Below, one piece after another: positions 62,823 to 64,000 of a DNA stretch of 64,000 nt. The stretch comes from Lama glama. Lineage: Eukaryota. The notes below the pieces were generated by a model. That model was not told the origin of the DNA. It ran no database searches and was given only the letters and a program-made list of their open reading frames with translations. Within the stretch, counting starts at the first letter, position 1; every line of letters starts with the position of its first letter. Made by a program: the position numbers and the translations under genes. The stretch covers positions 6,264,001 to 6,328,000 of the forward strand of contig CM052818.1 of assembly GCA_028534125.1 (NCBI GenBank), given 5' to 3'.

Positions 62823-64000
62823 CTAGGGTTTTCCTTGACCAGTTCCCTCATACCTATACTGACTTCTATCAGTAATTATCAGTGAGTGAGTGAGCGTGTG
62901 TCTCCAGATTCTTCCACAGGCTCAGGGATGCCATGGCTCCTGGCCCCAGGCTTACTGCAAAACTCAGTGCATGTTCATTGCAGAAATTAAAGAGGAGATT
63001 TTCAGGTATTGTGGGGAGGGTACTGAGACAGATTTGTGACATTTACTACTCTGCATGTGGTACCATGGCATCATAAAAAGCTTCGCCTCCATGTGGGCCA
63101 GAATCTCTGGGGGCAGGCCTAGGAATATTCACATTACCAGCTCTCCAGGGGGTTCTTCGGCTCACTAAAGCTGGAGACCTGCCCAGGGAATCAGAGGGAA
63201 AAGAGGACTCCATGGCATTGGTCAGGAAAGGTTTTACACTGAGATAATGAAAGCCCCTGGAAAAAATGTAAGAATGTTTTCAAGAAACTTTAATCTATTA
63301 ACACTTGAGTATGAATTAGTGCCTCCAATTAGCACAGAAAAGAGAAAATAGACACAGGTTGGTATGATTTGATAAAAGAAACTTTTCAAGGGTCCAGAGT
63401 GGAGAATCAACTCGAGGACTGGGTGCCCATTTCCAAAAGATTTGGGGAAGACGCACACCACCACATTCTGCCCAGAATCCTTCTTCCAGGCAGTACAACC
63501 CCCAAATAAAGAGATTTTTTAAAGCCAGAAAGAAAAGAGGAAGAAAAATGTGTTCCTACTCCCCAGCAGTCTTTAAGCAAGCTCCCCAGTAAGAGGCCAA
63601 GAGGGAGCTGGACCCAGAACATTTGGTGAACCGGCCCTTCCCACGTGCTACTGTTCCCAGCTGTATCTGCTGAGAACCAAAGTGTCAGGATCTTACAAAA
63701 GGCATTTTGAGAGGCCACAACATTTCCTCTTCTTACTTCAACATGAGGCCCTCAATTAAGCTGGAACTAATTCTTATGACAAGTTACAAACCACAAGCCA
63801 AAATAATGAGAACACTGACACCACTCACATGAGGGGAAGACTTCAGGGAGCTCCTATGACAAAGCCCCCGTTATTCACCCAACTCTCCTGATGGTTCCCA
63901 GTGCCGGGCAAGGCAGCCTCCCTAAGCCCTGAAGAATGAGGCAGAAAGCAGTATTTCCACTGTGGCACTGGTTCAAGCTTCTACCAGATGGTTCCACCGA

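Noticed and set aside
1..64000. Prokaryote-style systems (CRISPR arrays, operons, defence islands) or an endogenous viral coding region
   Set aside because: The sequence is eutherian repeat-rich DNA. I saw no regularly spaced repeat-spacer array, and no gag/pol/env or other viral ORF remnants.

Overview
Mammalian non-coding DNA (intergenic or deep intronic), very probably from a camelid: it holds three tRNA-Ala-derived Vic-1-type SINEs and I saw no Alu, Bov-A/BovB, PRE-1 or Can-SINE copies. I could not support any host protein-coding gene. The supplied ORFs are chance ORFs, repeat-derived, or artefacts of a 500-N gap at 19302-19801. A large part of the window is transposon debris: L1 of several ages, L2, MIR, MaLR/ERVL solo LTRs, and hAT and Tc1/mariner MITEs. 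The most notable items are: (1) an orphan CpG-rich, promoter-like segment at about 31.7-32.0 kb; (2) a MER58C MITE with a perfect 8-bp TSD split by a roughly 4-kb stack of nested L1 insertions, including a tailless L1 endonuclease fragment with its own TSD; (3) a decayed hAT (Tip100/Zaphod-like) transposase with readable catalytic motifs at about 61-62 kb; (4) a 3'-truncated U6 retrocopy; (5) several repeat-free blocks rich in transcription-factor motifs or splice signals. I found no convincing undescribed biological system. Repeat family names come from recalled consensus sequences, not a database search, and many boundaries are approximate.
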